DNA from: a bacterium
Lineage (GTDB): Bacteria; Fidelibacterota; Fidelibacteria; Fidelibacterales; Fidelibacteraceae
Reading direction: 5' to 3'
Assembly (NCBI GenBank): GCA_963676395.1
Contig: OY781066.1
Coordinates: 160,001 to 224,000, forward strand
DNA: 64,000 nt
Part shown: in pieces, positions 49,982 to 59,856 of the stretch
Numbering within the stretch: position 1 is the stretch's first letter
Layout: every line of letters starts with the position of its first letter
Notes under the pieces: model-generated
What the model was told of the DNA's origin: nothing
What the model saw: only the letters and a program-made list of their open reading frames with translations
Database searches by the model: none
Program-made: the position numbers and the translations under genes

Positions 49982-49991
49982 ACTGATTAAA

Positions 49992-52271
49992 TTATTTCTT
50001 CTTTTTTTTCTTTTTCTTACCTTCTTCAACGATCTTCATACAAGCTTCGGGAGTAAGTTCTTTCGGTTCAGTGCCTTTGGGAATCTTGTAGTTCTTTTTC
50101 TCAAAAGCAATATAGGGACCATAACGACCATTAAGCACCTGAATACCTTCTTTTTCGAAGTTGTGAATGGTTTTATTTTTATCTTTCTCACGCTTAGCTT
50201 CTATAATCTCGATAGCGCGATCGGGACCGACCTCTGCAGGATTATCGGCTTTGGGAATGGAATAGAATTTGGCTTTATGTTTTACATACGGACCAAAGCG
50301 ACCAAACGCCACCGTCATCGGCTCATCTTCATAATTACCGATGGTTTTAGGGAATGACAATAGATCCAAAGCTTGTGCTAATGTCAATGTATCCAAACGC
50401 TGATCTTCCAACAATGAGGCAAAGCGAGGTTTCTCTTCATCCTGAGACTCACCTACTTGTACCATAGCTCCAAAGCGACCGATCTTTACGTAAATATTCT
50501 TACCGCTTTCGGGATCAACCCCCAAAAGTCTTTCACCTTTGAATGTCTCACTCTTGGCTTTGGTTTCTTCTACCTTCGTATGGAACGGTCTATAGAATTC
50601 ACCGATCATTTCGTGCCATTCACGTTTACCGTCAGCGATCTCATCGAAATCGGCTTCAATATTTGCTGTAAAGTTATAATCTAAAATATCATCAAAGAAC
50701 TTGATCAGGAATTTATTTACCACACGACCGATATCTGTAGGAAATAGCTTGGAACGCACCGCATTCGCTTTTTCCTGTTTGGTCTCCTTATCGACTTGAT
50801 CGTCTTTAAGCGTATAAAAAATATAATCGCGTTCAATACCGTCTTTATTGGCTTTTTCAACATAACCACGTTTTTGAATGGTCGAAATGGTCGGAGCATA
50901 AGTTGAAGGGCGACCAATACCTAATTCTTCCATTTTCTTTACCAACATTGGTTCGGAATAGCGTGAAGGTGGTTGAGTAAACTTTTGGGTCGCATTCATT
51001 TCTTTCATGCCCATTTCCATGCCGGTTTCCATAGGTGGCAAAATCTTGGTTTCATCATCACCGGTTTTGTATACGGCAAGGAAACCCGGAAATGTCACAA
51101 CTTCACCCTTTGCTTCAAATAACTCTTTATTTTTGTCATTGGCTACTTTTACGGTGGTTTTTTCAATGTCTGCAGAAGACATCTGTGACGCCATAGTACG
51201 TTGCCAGATCAACTTATATAAACTTTTCTGATTCTTGTTGTCCCCTGCTTCCATCTTATTCATGTTAGTGGGTCTGATCGCCTCATGCGCTTCCTGAGCA
51301 CCTTTGGCTTTGGTCTTGAATTTTCTTACCTGTGAATACTCTTCGCTAAACAAGTCAAGTACTTGCTCTTTGATCATTGCTAAAGCCACATTTGAAAGAT
51401 TTAAAGAATCCGTACGCATATATGTAATGTGACCGGCTTCATAAAGCTTTTGGGCTAAAACCATGGTTTGTGTTACGGAATATCGCAATTTACGACCGGC
51501 TTCCTGCTGAAGAGTTGATGTAGTAAAAGGTGCCGGCGGATTTTTCTTGGCTTGCTTTTTCTCAATATCGGAAATATGATAAGCTGCACCAATGCAAGAA
51601 TTCAAAAACTTTTCTACATCATCTTCGGATTTAAATCGCTTGCCAACTTCGCCAAGCACTTCGGTACCGTCGGGTAAAACAAATATTGCAGTAACTTTAA
51701 ATGATGTTTCAGTTTCAAATGCTTCAATTTCTTCTTCGCGTTCCACAATCAGTCGAACGGCCACAGATTGCACTCGTCCCGCTGAAAGCGAAGGCTTAAT
51801 CTTTCGCCAAAGCAAAGGAGACAGCTCAAAACCTACCAATCTGTCAAGGACACGCCGTGCCTGCTGAGCATTTACCAACTCAAGATTGATCTTTTGAGGA
51901 TTCTGCACCGCTTCGCGAACAGCATTCTTGGTAATCTCATTAAAGGAAACACGATTAACTTCGGATTCATCTAATCCCAACAATTGAGCGGCATGCCATG
52001 CGATTGCCTCTCCTTCCCTATCAGGGTCAGTCGCAATATAAACATTGTCAGCAGCCTTAACTGCTTTCTTGAGATCAGCGATCACGGCTTTCTTATCGGC
52101 AAGGGCGGCATACTTTGGCTCAAAATTATTTTCGGTATCAATGCCTAATTCTTTTTTGGGAAGATCACGGATATGGCCGACGGTGGCAAGAATATTAAAA
52201 TCGTCACCAAGATACTTTTTAATGGTTTTTGCTTTTGAAGGGGACTCGACAATGATACAATTTTGAGGCAT
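49992..52271 (-). CDS. topA: DNA topoisomerase I
   Basis: IVESPSK, ATDPDREGE, SAGRVQS, ITYMRTD and AHEAIRPT motifs; C-terminal GRFG/GRYG repeats. Start at ATG 52271. Confidence 0.97.
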   Translation of the reverse strand: MPQNCIIVESPSKAKTIKKYLGDDFNILATVGHIRDLPKKELGIDTENNFEPKYAALADKKAVIADLKKAVKAADNVYIATDPDREGEAIAWHAAQLLGLDESEVNRVSFNEITKNAVREAVQNPQKINLELVNAQQARRVLDRLVGFELSPLLWRKIKPSLSAGRVQSVAVRLIVEREEEIEAFETETSFKVTAIFVLPDGTEVLGEVGKRFKSEDDVEKFLNSCIGAAYHISDIEKKQAKKNPPAPFTTSTLQQEAGRKLRYSVTQTMVLAQKLYEAGHITYMRTDSLNLSNVALAMIKEQVLDLFSEEYSQVRKFKTKAKGAQEAHEAIRPTNMNKMEAGDNKNQKSLYKLIWQRTMASQMSSADIEKTTVKVANDKNKELFEAKGEVVTFPGFLAVYKTGDDETKILPPMETGMEMGMKEMNATQKFTQPPSRYSEPMLVKKMEELGIGRPSTYAPTISTIQKRGYVEKANKDGIERDYIFYTLKDDQVDKETKQEKANAVRSKLFPTDIGRVVNKFLIKFFDDILDYNFTANIEADFDEIADGKREWHEMIGEFYRPFHTKVEETKAKSETFKGERLLGVDPESGKNIYVKIGRFGAMVQVGESQDEEKPRFASLLEDQRLDTLTLAQALDLLSFPKTIGNYEDEPMTVAFGRFGPYVKHKAKFYSIPKADNPAEVGPDRAIEIIEAKREKDKNKTIHNFEKEGIQVLNGRYGPYIAFEKKNYKIPKGTEPKELTPEACMKIVEEGKKKKKKKK

Positions 52272-52420
52272 TATATTCCTTTCCAAAAATTTTTGCAAAT
52301 ATATGTATAAATTGCTTGAAAAACAAAGAGGGAAAAAAAAGTGTGATTTCAAACACAATATTTTTTTTATGTTTGAACTTATGTTTTATCGGAATGTACT
52401 ATAAAAATGCCTTTCATATT

Positions 52421-52468
52421 AAAAAAAGAACGGAAGCTAATTTATATGTTCAGACTTCCGTTCTCTTT
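52421..52468 (-). terminator. Terminator of the cobalamin-uptake operon
   Basis: aaaaaaagaacggaag...cttccgttct stem. Confidence 0.7.
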
Positions 52469-52502
52469 AACACTTTTACACTTTAAGGTAAAGCGTTATC
52501 TA

Positions 52503-55500
52503 CTACTTCTGTAAAGTTATCTTTCTAACGCTAACTTCTCCGGCAGCTTCCATTCGTACAAAGTAAATACCCGATGAATATGTACCGGCATTCCATATAA
52601 TCTCGTGATGTCCTGCCGAAACACTACTATTCAGCAAGGTGGCAATTTTGCGTCCTGCAATATTGTAAACCGAGATCTTTACTTGTGTCGCAGTGGACAT
52701 TGTAAAGGGTATCCTTGTTACAGGATTAAAGGGGTTTGGATATGCAGGTTGCAATTCAGTTGTTTCGGGAATAATCACATCGGCAATTGCATCATCATTT
52801 TCAGGAGTCAACCATGCCAATATTGATCCCGGACAAGCGCCATTTACAGGGAATACGCCCAATTCATTGCCCAGTGAATCCACAATTGCCAATTGGTCGG
52901 GAGCTGCGTAATCGCTTAATCCCATGAACACAATATTGTTAAACGATGCCGCACTATAGATACCCGTATAGTGTCCTAAGGTAGCTGTAGAATCCAACGA
53001 TAGATCCTGATTTAAACGGTATGTCGTAGAACCAAGAACGCGATACACATCATCATTTACAACAAAAAGATCAATTGCCGAATTATCCATACCATGTTCT
53101 TTGATCGTAACTACTGAAGTTGAAAGTTCAATAGATGAAGTTGCCGTGTAGGTATTCCAACTTTCATCATAGTACTGAGATGTTACATAAAGAACACCAT
53201 CTTTCAACAAGATATCTCCGGGATTTGATGCAACGGTATAATTGCTTGAACTTCCATCACTTAGATCAAAATCATAAACCTTTGTACCTGCGCTGTAATC
53301 GCTTAACATATTCTGTGATACATAAAGGTGATTGTTATCCCAAATAAGATCTTCGGGTAAACCGTCCACACTTAGCGTATCTTCGATCACTTCATTTTCA
53401 AGATCGTAAACAAGAACTCCGGGAGTGTTCCAGCAACTGATGTAAGCATTATCGGATTCATCAAAATCAATATATCTCGGTCCTGCATTCGGTAAACTGA
53501 TCTCATGATCATAAACCGGTGCTCCATCACTGATATCAAATACCTTGATCATATTGCTTCCATTTACAACAACATAAAGCTCATTATTGTTAATGTTCAT
53601 AGATTGACCGGTATCGCCCAGAGGATTAACCGAGTTAGCTACAAAACCGACTGAATCGCTATTAAAACTAAACAAACCGGCATCTGACGCGCCGAAATTA
53701 CCTTCCATTAAAACAGCAAGATTTACATTATCGAACAATTCGGGACTAATAACCGTAATGGCACTTTGAACTTCTACTGTATCGCTTCCGTAAGTTCCTT
53801 CGGCAATAAGCGTAACATCGTATTGACCGGTGGAAGTATAGGTCCAAGTGAAATTCTCAGCTGTTGTATCAATAACGCCGTCACTATTTAGATCCCAATG
53901 ATATGCTACAAGAGTTTCAGCACCATTAATTATGGATTGTCCGGTAAATTCAGCTGTAAAAGGAGCCTTGCCATAGTTTTGAGCAATTTCCATGCTAGCC
54001 TCTAATGTAGCTATATATGCTACACCTACGCCATCAAGATCAAATCCCGATGAAGCAAATGCTGTGGGCCAAGGATCGTTAACTTTATGTCCCTGAGAAT
54101 CATAGGTACAATAACCATCTTCAATACATCCGACCGCATCCACGATCCGGACGTGAGTAATGGCATTAATATCTAAGTTGTCTGCGTCACTCAACTCATC
54201 CAAATCAAAGGGCGTCCCATATTTAGTTTTATATTTTCCCGCCAAATTATGAATATACCTACAATCCACCGAGCCAAAACCTCCCACTTGAGAATCTGTA
54301 GGTGTTAAACTAACGGCAGGGAAGCGAACAAAATGTTCACCGTCCGAACTGACCTCTACAAAAGCCAATTCCAAAAAAGTATGACTAAAACTATTTTCAA
54401 ATACTGCAAAGTCGGGACCTTCACCATTGTATAGAGGCGATGCAAAGGTCAAGGTAGCTGTTCCGCCGTCACCCAAACTTACTACGCCGGAATTTGAAGT
54501 TACCGCACCTGTTGCAACATTATCCGACCCATAAGATGCCTTGGCGCCTTCTGGATTTTTAATGCTAACAGGACCGCGTTCAATATTAATACCTGCAGCC
54601 CATGCAATAAATGCGCTACTGTCATACGCCATCGCGCTTGTACCTTCGCTTCCTACAGGACCGGCAAATAGCGATTCAACAACCGTTACCCGATCGTACT
54701 CGGTTAATGTATCAACCAAAGTTTGTCCTTGCGCAATCAGGGTGATATCGTAAACACCTTCTTGCGTATAAGTATATGTCACACTCTCACCCATTGTGTC
54801 GATCACACCGTCTTCATTAAAATCCCATGCATAGCTTGCAACACTTTCTTCACCTGTACAAACGGCTGAAGCAGTGCAAGAAACAGTCAAAGGAATTTCA
54901 CCCGTCGTATTATTTGCAGTCATAGTTGCTTCAAGACTATTCACAACGATCTTGGTAAAACCATATACATAATAATCATATACGATCAAAGCGCCGCCTT
55001 GGGTTACATCGCCATCACATGCGATACCTGCAAACCAATTCCCATAAGTTCCACATCCGGTTGCAAGTCGAACTGAATTATCGGCATCACCGACCGTCCC
55101 ATTCCACATATCTACGGCAGAACCGTTTGAATAATCATTGTATGCATAAATAATATTTCCCGCATCATCAACATCCGTATCAGCGCCACCGGCTGATAAT
55201 GCACTTAGAATTTCGGCATCGGCGCTTGTTAAAAATCCACTTGAATATACAGAATCAATATTATCTGCTGACCAACGGAAAAGTTTTTCATTACTACCAG
55301 AATACGACGCACACACAACGGCACCGCTAGTATCAATTCCAAAACCGCAACCATAGCCACCCACTTCGATGATCTTCACCAAAGAAGCCGTACCGGTGGT
55401 ATCTATCATGTAAATCGTATGTGGATCACTGAAACTTGCAGCTGCGGACACATAAATATTATCATTATAGAACTCAATATCCATAACACCGGGAACTGAC

Positions 55501-55907
55501 ATTACTTCGGTCCATTCTTTGGTATCAATATCAACTGTAAATATGCGGTCATCTGCATTACCTGTACTTGTAAAACCTACCCATACCCTGTTCTCTACGG
55601 GATCTTTGGCTACAAAACTGCAAAAAATAGAAAGCTCGTTGGCCTGGCATGAATCATAATAGGCAACGGGATAACCTAATGTATTTTCCAGGCCATTGAG
55701 CTCAGAATATATATTCGCATACGATACGCCATCGGCACCTGAACCGTTCGCATAATAAATGCCATCCGTGTAATTCACATTGTTAAAAGCATAGTCAGTC
55801 AATACATCAACGGCCGAATAACCGTCTCCGGGAGTGATAGATTCCGTTGCAAACAACAAGCCAATGCTTGCAATCATCAGGAAACAACACTTAACAATTT
55901 TCTTCAT
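52503..55907 (-). CDS. Large exported multidomain protein: N-terminal beta-rich domain, PKD, BtuH-like domain, PKD, BtuG/YncE-like propeller, T9SS-type CTD
   Basis: Signal peptide; PKD motifs YAWDFNEDG and YHWDLNSDG; VSLGDGG...DFAVFENSF...VEVSSDG; EGNF...LGDTGQSM; C-terminal YPNPFNP...SGIYF. Confidence 0.75.
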   Translation of the reverse strand: MKKIVKCCFLMIASIGLLFATESITPGDGYSAVDVLTDYAFNNVNYTDGIYYANGSGADGVSYANIYSELNGLENTLGYPVAYYDSCQANELSIFCSFVAKDPVENRVWVGFTSTGNADDRIFTVDIDTKEWTEVMSVPGVMDIEFYNDNIYVSAAASFSDPHTIYMIDTTGTASLVKIIEVGGYGCGFGIDTSGAVVCASYSGSNEKLFRWSADNIDSVYSSGFLTSADAEILSALSAGGADTDVDDAGNIIYAYNDYSNGSAVDMWNGTVGDADNSVRLATGCGTYGNWFAGIACDGDVTQGGALIVYDYYVYGFTKIVVNSLEATMTANNTTGEIPLTVSCTASAVCTGEESVASYAWDFNEDGVIDTMGESVTYTYTQEGVYDITLIAQGQTLVDTLTEYDRVTVVESLFAGPVGSEGTSAMAYDSSAFIAWAAGINIERGPVSIKNPEGAKASYGSDNVATGAVTSNSGVVSLGDGGTATLTFASPLYNGEGPDFAVFENSFSHTFLELAFVEVSSDGEHFVRFPAVSLTPTDSQVGGFGSVDCRYIHNLAGKYKTKYGTPFDLDELSDADNLDINAITHVRIVDAVGCIEDGYCTYDSQGHKVNDPWPTAFASSGFDLDGVGVAYIATLEASMEIAQNYGKAPFTAEFTGQSIINGAETLVAYHWDLNSDGVIDTTAENFTWTYTSTGQYDVTLIAEGTYGSDTVEVQSAITVISPELFDNVNLAVLMEGNFGASDAGLFSFNSDSVGFVANSVNPLGDTGQSMNINNNELYVVVNGSNMIKVFDISDGAPVYDHEISLPNAGPRYIDFDESDNAYISCWNTPGVLVYDLENEVIEDTLSVDGLPEDLIWDNNHLYVSQNMLSDYSAGTKVYDFDLSDGSSSNYTVASNPGDILLKDGVLYVTSQYYDESWNTYTATSSIELSTSVVTIKEHGMDNSAIDLFVVNDDVYRVLGSTTYRLNQDLSLDSTATLGHYTGIYSAASFNNIVFMGLSDYAAPDQLAIVDSLGNELGVFPVNGACPGSILAWLTPENDDAIADVIIPETTELQPAYPNPFNPVTRIPFTMSTATQVKISVYNIAGRKIATLLNSSVSAGHHEIIWNAGTYSSGIYFVRMEAAGEVSVRKITLQK

Positions 55908-55926
55908 ACAAACTCCTTATTTATAA

Positions 55927-57255
55927 TTACTTTAATAACACTATTTTTTTATTAAATACTGTGTTTTCAACAGCAACATTCACTAAATATACACCCGATG
56001 GCACATCATAGGCATTCCATGAGTATTCCTGCCAATCACTAGTATTTACAGCTATATAACTTTCATGAACACATTTACCTTCAAGTGAAAACACTGAGAT
56101 TCTCGCTATATTTGCTTCGGATAAACGAAAGGGAATACTTACCTGATGATTAAATGGATTTGGATAAGGTGCAGCTAGTTCAAAAGCATCTGCGATCACA
56201 TCATCCACAGCAGATACGGTATCTACAATATTGTAAAAAGCGTAATCTCCGGGAGAGGCACCCACGCTGAATTGACCAAGAAAATCACCCTGAGCATTGT
56301 AACGATACACATAATCCGGAGCAATATAATCATCGGTTAAGCCAAGATAGAAAGTCCCGCTATTCTTTGCCAGACTATAAATAAATAGCGTACTATCCAC
56401 TTGGATAATAGGATCATTTGACGGTTCAAGTGTCGTGGTATCTATGGTGTAAATACCGTTTTGAATGGCATAATAAAGCGTATCATCTTCCAAGATCAAA
56501 TCGCTGCCATTGTATCCTGTTGTCTGCTCCAGATCATTGATCAACACGTCGCCGCTCTGCAGATCGATCTTAGAGAGAGCGATCAAGGCATTCCAATCTT
56601 CATCATATCTTGTACTTCCAACATAAATCACTGAATCGTGATAAACCAAATGTTCCGGACCCGCAGCAACAGTGAATGTTCTGCGAACCGTAGCATCATC
56701 TCGAATATCTATTTCCAATACTTTATTGTTTTTATCATAACTTGTTTTCTCTTCAATCAAACTGACATATAAACTGTCCCCCACTACAAGCAAATCCTCG
56801 GGTTTCCCGTCAGTGTAAATCGTATCAATGGGCATATCATTGTTACGATCCAAAACAAGAATTCCGGGCAACAACCAACAGGAAATATATGCCGCATTAT
56901 CGGTGAATGCGATATAGCGCGGACTCGCATTGGTCAGCAAAATCGTTCGCTCACGACTTTCACCTTCATGCGAAAGGTCCAAAACCTCAATATTATTCGA
57001 ATTATTGCAAACCACATAAAGCTGATCATCATCGATCGTTAGGGATTGTCCCGTATCACCCAAAATACCTCCGGGAAAGCCAACTAGCGACATAGCTGAC
57101 TCACTATAGGACCATAAAGATGCATTTGTAGTCATGTAATTGCCTTCACACAGGACATAAGGTCGTGTTGCTGCAAACAAAGGCATAAAAAAAAGTAATA
57201 AAACTAATGCAAAACGATAGCGAACGGATAACATAGAACTCCTTATCATTACCAC
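55927..57255 (-). CDS. BtuG/YncE-like beta-propeller with T9SS-type C-terminal domain
   Basis: Signal peptide; EGNYMTTNASL...LGDTGQSL and SPRYI motifs; C-terminal YPNPFN...SGVYLV. Exact start uncertain. Confidence 0.75.
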   Translation of the reverse strand: MVMIRSSMLSVRYRFALVLLLFFMPLFAATRPYVLCEGNYMTTNASLWSYSESAMSLVGFPGGILGDTGQSLTIDDDQLYVVCNNSNNIEVLDLSHEGESRERTILLTNASPRYIAFTDNAAYISCWLLPGILVLDRNNDMPIDTIYTDGKPEDLLVVGDSLYVSLIEEKTSYDKNNKVLEIDIRDDATVRRTFTVAAGPEHLVYHDSVIYVGSTRYDEDWNALIALSKIDLQSGDVLINDLEQTTGYNGSDLILEDDTLYYAIQNGIYTIDTTTLEPSNDPIIQVDSTLFIYSLAKNSGTFYLGLTDDYIAPDYVYRYNAQGDFLGQFSVGASPGDYAFYNIVDTVSAVDDVIADAFELAAPYPNPFNHQVSIPFRLSEANIARISVFSLEGKCVHESYIAVNTSDWQEYSWNAYDVPSGVYLVNVAVENTVFNKKIVLLK

Positions 57256-59315
57256 TCAAAACTCAAAGTAAATCTCCAGGTTCTTCCCGGCTCAGGATAA
57301 CCCTGGATTGTTTCATAATTCAGATCTGTAATATTGTCAACAGCCAAAACAGGGATCACATCCATGCGTCCCAGCGAAATTCGATAAGCCAAACTTGAAT
57401 TCAATAAAATCGTCGCCGGCAGTTCCGTATCTTCGGGATAACCGTACATTACGATCTTCTTGCCCGTATAAACCGTTTGAAACAAGAAACTGAAGAACCC
57501 GGGGTTCCAGTTGAATACATAAGATCCGCTTCGCTCGGGTACGTAACGCAATGCCTTGCCGTAATTTGAACCTTCGCTCAGGTTAGCGCTGTGTGTTTCA
57601 TTCCACATAAGTTTACCTGAGACATGCCATTGGTCAATAGTGTAATTCAGAGCAAGCTTAAAACCGTTTTGGCGCGCTTCTTGAATGTTCTTGGGTGTCC
57701 AGTACGATGCTTGCGGCATCCAAACGATCAGGTTTTTACTTCGTTTATCATACACACCCCAATCCAGACTGAAAATCTCACTAATGGGCGTGGTTGCAAA
57801 CAAGCTATATGAATATGTCTCTTCCGGCAGAAGATCAGGATTTCCGCCCGGCACCCAATAAAGATCATTGAAAGTGGGATAACGAAATAATTTGGCCGCA
57901 TGTAAGCTCAACTTAGATAAAAATCGAGCTTTAAATGGAAATCTCAGAGATATTTCCCCCGTAGGAATTGGCGAATAAGATGTAATATAATCCAAATGAG
58001 TAGATGCGCTTACGTGTAACCAAGGCAAGACTTCATACTGGCCGGACACAGAAGCCAATATGGTGTTACGAACATATAAGGTATCGCTGTTATTGAGCGT
58101 TTCGTATTTATCTTCAAGAATAAAATTCAATTCGCCCCGATCAAAACTGTAAATATCTTCAAACAATGCATCGTAACTTCTATTTCTGAAGGCCGATTCT
58201 ATAAAAAGGTAGGGATTGTTGTATTCATCAAAAGCATCTCGGAATAACACTTGAGTGTGCCATGTATTGCGGTCACCCGAATGTCCAAATTTACCCGTTA
58301 AAATCCGATAATGATCATTTCGTCTACTCAATATATCTTGCGTACTCCATGTCAAACCCGCCACACCCCTATCTTGATGAGATTCAAGATAATAGGCCCG
58401 ATACCATGTATTATTCTTTAGTATCCCGGACAAACGAGCCGAGACATAATACTGTGCAAAATCGTTGTTTTGTCGGGTATGGACCAAGGTATCAAGAAAA
58501 GTGGTATAGCTGTAATCGCCTTCATCCTGACGATATCCACCCAAAAGATCCAAATTCCAACTTTTACCAATGATAGACATCATGCCATAACTTGAAAGGT
58601 GGCCGAAACTACCCGCACTAAAACTCAAGGCATTAGCTCCCGACCAGGGATCAAAGGCCAAAACGCCATCAATGGCACCGCTGCCATATCGCGCAATATT
58701 TACAGGGATCAAGGAAACACCCGCAATCAGCGGTGAAGGAATTTGGGAAATATCCATTTGTCCGTTTTGCGCGGACGTCAAATCAAAACCCGAGATCAAA
58801 ATTTTTGTATGCGAAGAAGGTCCGCCATCCAAACTTGCGGTGCTTATACCTGCCGGTCCACCGTAAGATTTAATACTTAATCCGGGCAAATGTCTCATTA
58901 ACTGAGAATTATCAACATTCCCCATTTCAAGTGTTTTAAGTGCTGTAGCCTGAATATCTTGTGATAGTTTGTCGTCTTTAAATCCAATCTTCAAAACTTC
59001 ATTCATAGCAATAACGGATAATGGCATACTTATATGCAACCAAGTAATCGAATCGGATAAAACTATATTTACGGGATCGTATGCAATGTGAGAAAATAAA
59101 AGTGTGTCACCGGCTGTTGATTTTTCCAGCTTAAAATATCCGCTGTAATCCGAAAGTACGACTTTCCCGGAATTTAGATTTTTTACATACACATCTCGTA
59201 AAGCAAGTCCCTGCTCTGATATAATACTTCCCTGCCAAGAATTCGCACGCAAAACAGAGACTAAGGCAAGAAATAAAAAAATGTACTTAGATTTTAGTAG
59301 TGAATATTTTCTCAC
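57249..59315 (-). CDS. TonB-dependent receptor, BtuB-like
   Basis: Plug KSYGGPAGISTASLDG; RYPTFNDLYW.PGGNPDLLPEE; C-terminal GYPEPGR...FEW. Lies downstream of a cobalamin riboswitch; GTG start. Confidence 0.85.
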   Translation of the reverse strand: MRKYSLLKSKYIFLFLALVSVLRANSWQGSIISEQGLALRDVYVKNLNSGKVVLSDYSGYFKLEKSTAGDTLLFSHIAYDPVNIVLSDSITWLHISMPLSVIAMNEVLKIGFKDDKLSQDIQATALKTLEMGNVDNSQLMRHLPGLSIKSYGGPAGISTASLDGGPSSHTKILISGFDLTSAQNGQMDISQIPSPLIAGVSLIPVNIARYGSGAIDGVLAFDPWSGANALSFSAGSFGHLSSYGMMSIIGKSWNLDLLGGYRQDEGDYSYTTFLDTLVHTRQNNDFAQYYVSARLSGILKNNTWYRAYYLESHQDRGVAGLTWSTQDILSRRNDHYRILTGKFGHSGDRNTWHTQVLFRDAFDEYNNPYLFIESAFRNRSYDALFEDIYSFDRGELNFILEDKYETLNNSDTLYVRNTILASVSGQYEVLPWLHVSASTHLDYITSYSPIPTGEISLRFPFKARFLSKLSLHAAKLFRYPTFNDLYWVPGGNPDLLPEETYSYSLFATTPISEIFSLDWGVYDKRSKNLIVWMPQASYWTPKNIQEARQNGFKLALNYTIDQWHVSGKLMWNETHSANLSEGSNYGKALRYVPERSGSYVFNWNPGFFSFLFQTVYTGKKIVMYGYPEDTELPATILLNSSLAYRISLGRMDVIPVLAVDNITDLNYETIQGYPEPGRTWRFTLSFEW

Positions 59316-59431
59316 AGAATATCAGAACCGCTTCTAAAAATCGCTAAAACGGTAAAAATATTTTCCCCGGAGATATAACCTTGGAAGAAAAATGACATTC
59401 GTGTACCTTTATCGCGAAGGTTGAACAAACT

Positions 59432-59570
59432 ATGGATATTCCGGCTTAGGGTCTTCCTCTCTCAACGCCTTCCCCTCTTTATTCGAGAGTGGCCTTTGTT
59501 AAGATCGTCACCATCACGGCAGCGCGACTGCGCCTGATTTTCACAGGACTTCCCCACCTTTCAATGAGAA
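59432..59570 (-). ncRNA. Cobalamin riboswitch
   Basis: Minus strand GGGAAGTCCTGTGAAAATCAGGCGCAGTCGCGCTGCCGTGA...GCCACT...GGGAAGGC...AAGCCGGAATATCC (B12-box-like), upstream of a TonB receptor. Ends approximate. Confidence 0.85.
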
Positions 59571-59856
59571 ATTATACGGACAAAATTCTAAGCATGCAAA
59601 TGATAATTCAAAAGACTTCATATCTCACATGTAAACACAAAGATGCTTACTACTGAAAAATAAACGAAAAGCATAGTTACAATAATAGTCAATACCATTG
59701 TATTAATTTGTACCAATTACCACTAGCTTTGATTCGTTTCGATCTCGGAGTCCCTGTATACCTTTGTGGCATATTTACCCTTGTAGTTTTGTGTGAGATA
59801 TCTTTGATCTAATCTATTGCTGTTGCATTTTAATTATTTTATCCCCAAATTCCCAC

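Noticed and set aside
49914..49991. T-box or glycine riboswitch upstream of glyQS
   Set aside because: The gap is only about 78 bp and is explained by a REP-like palindrome; no T-box motif.
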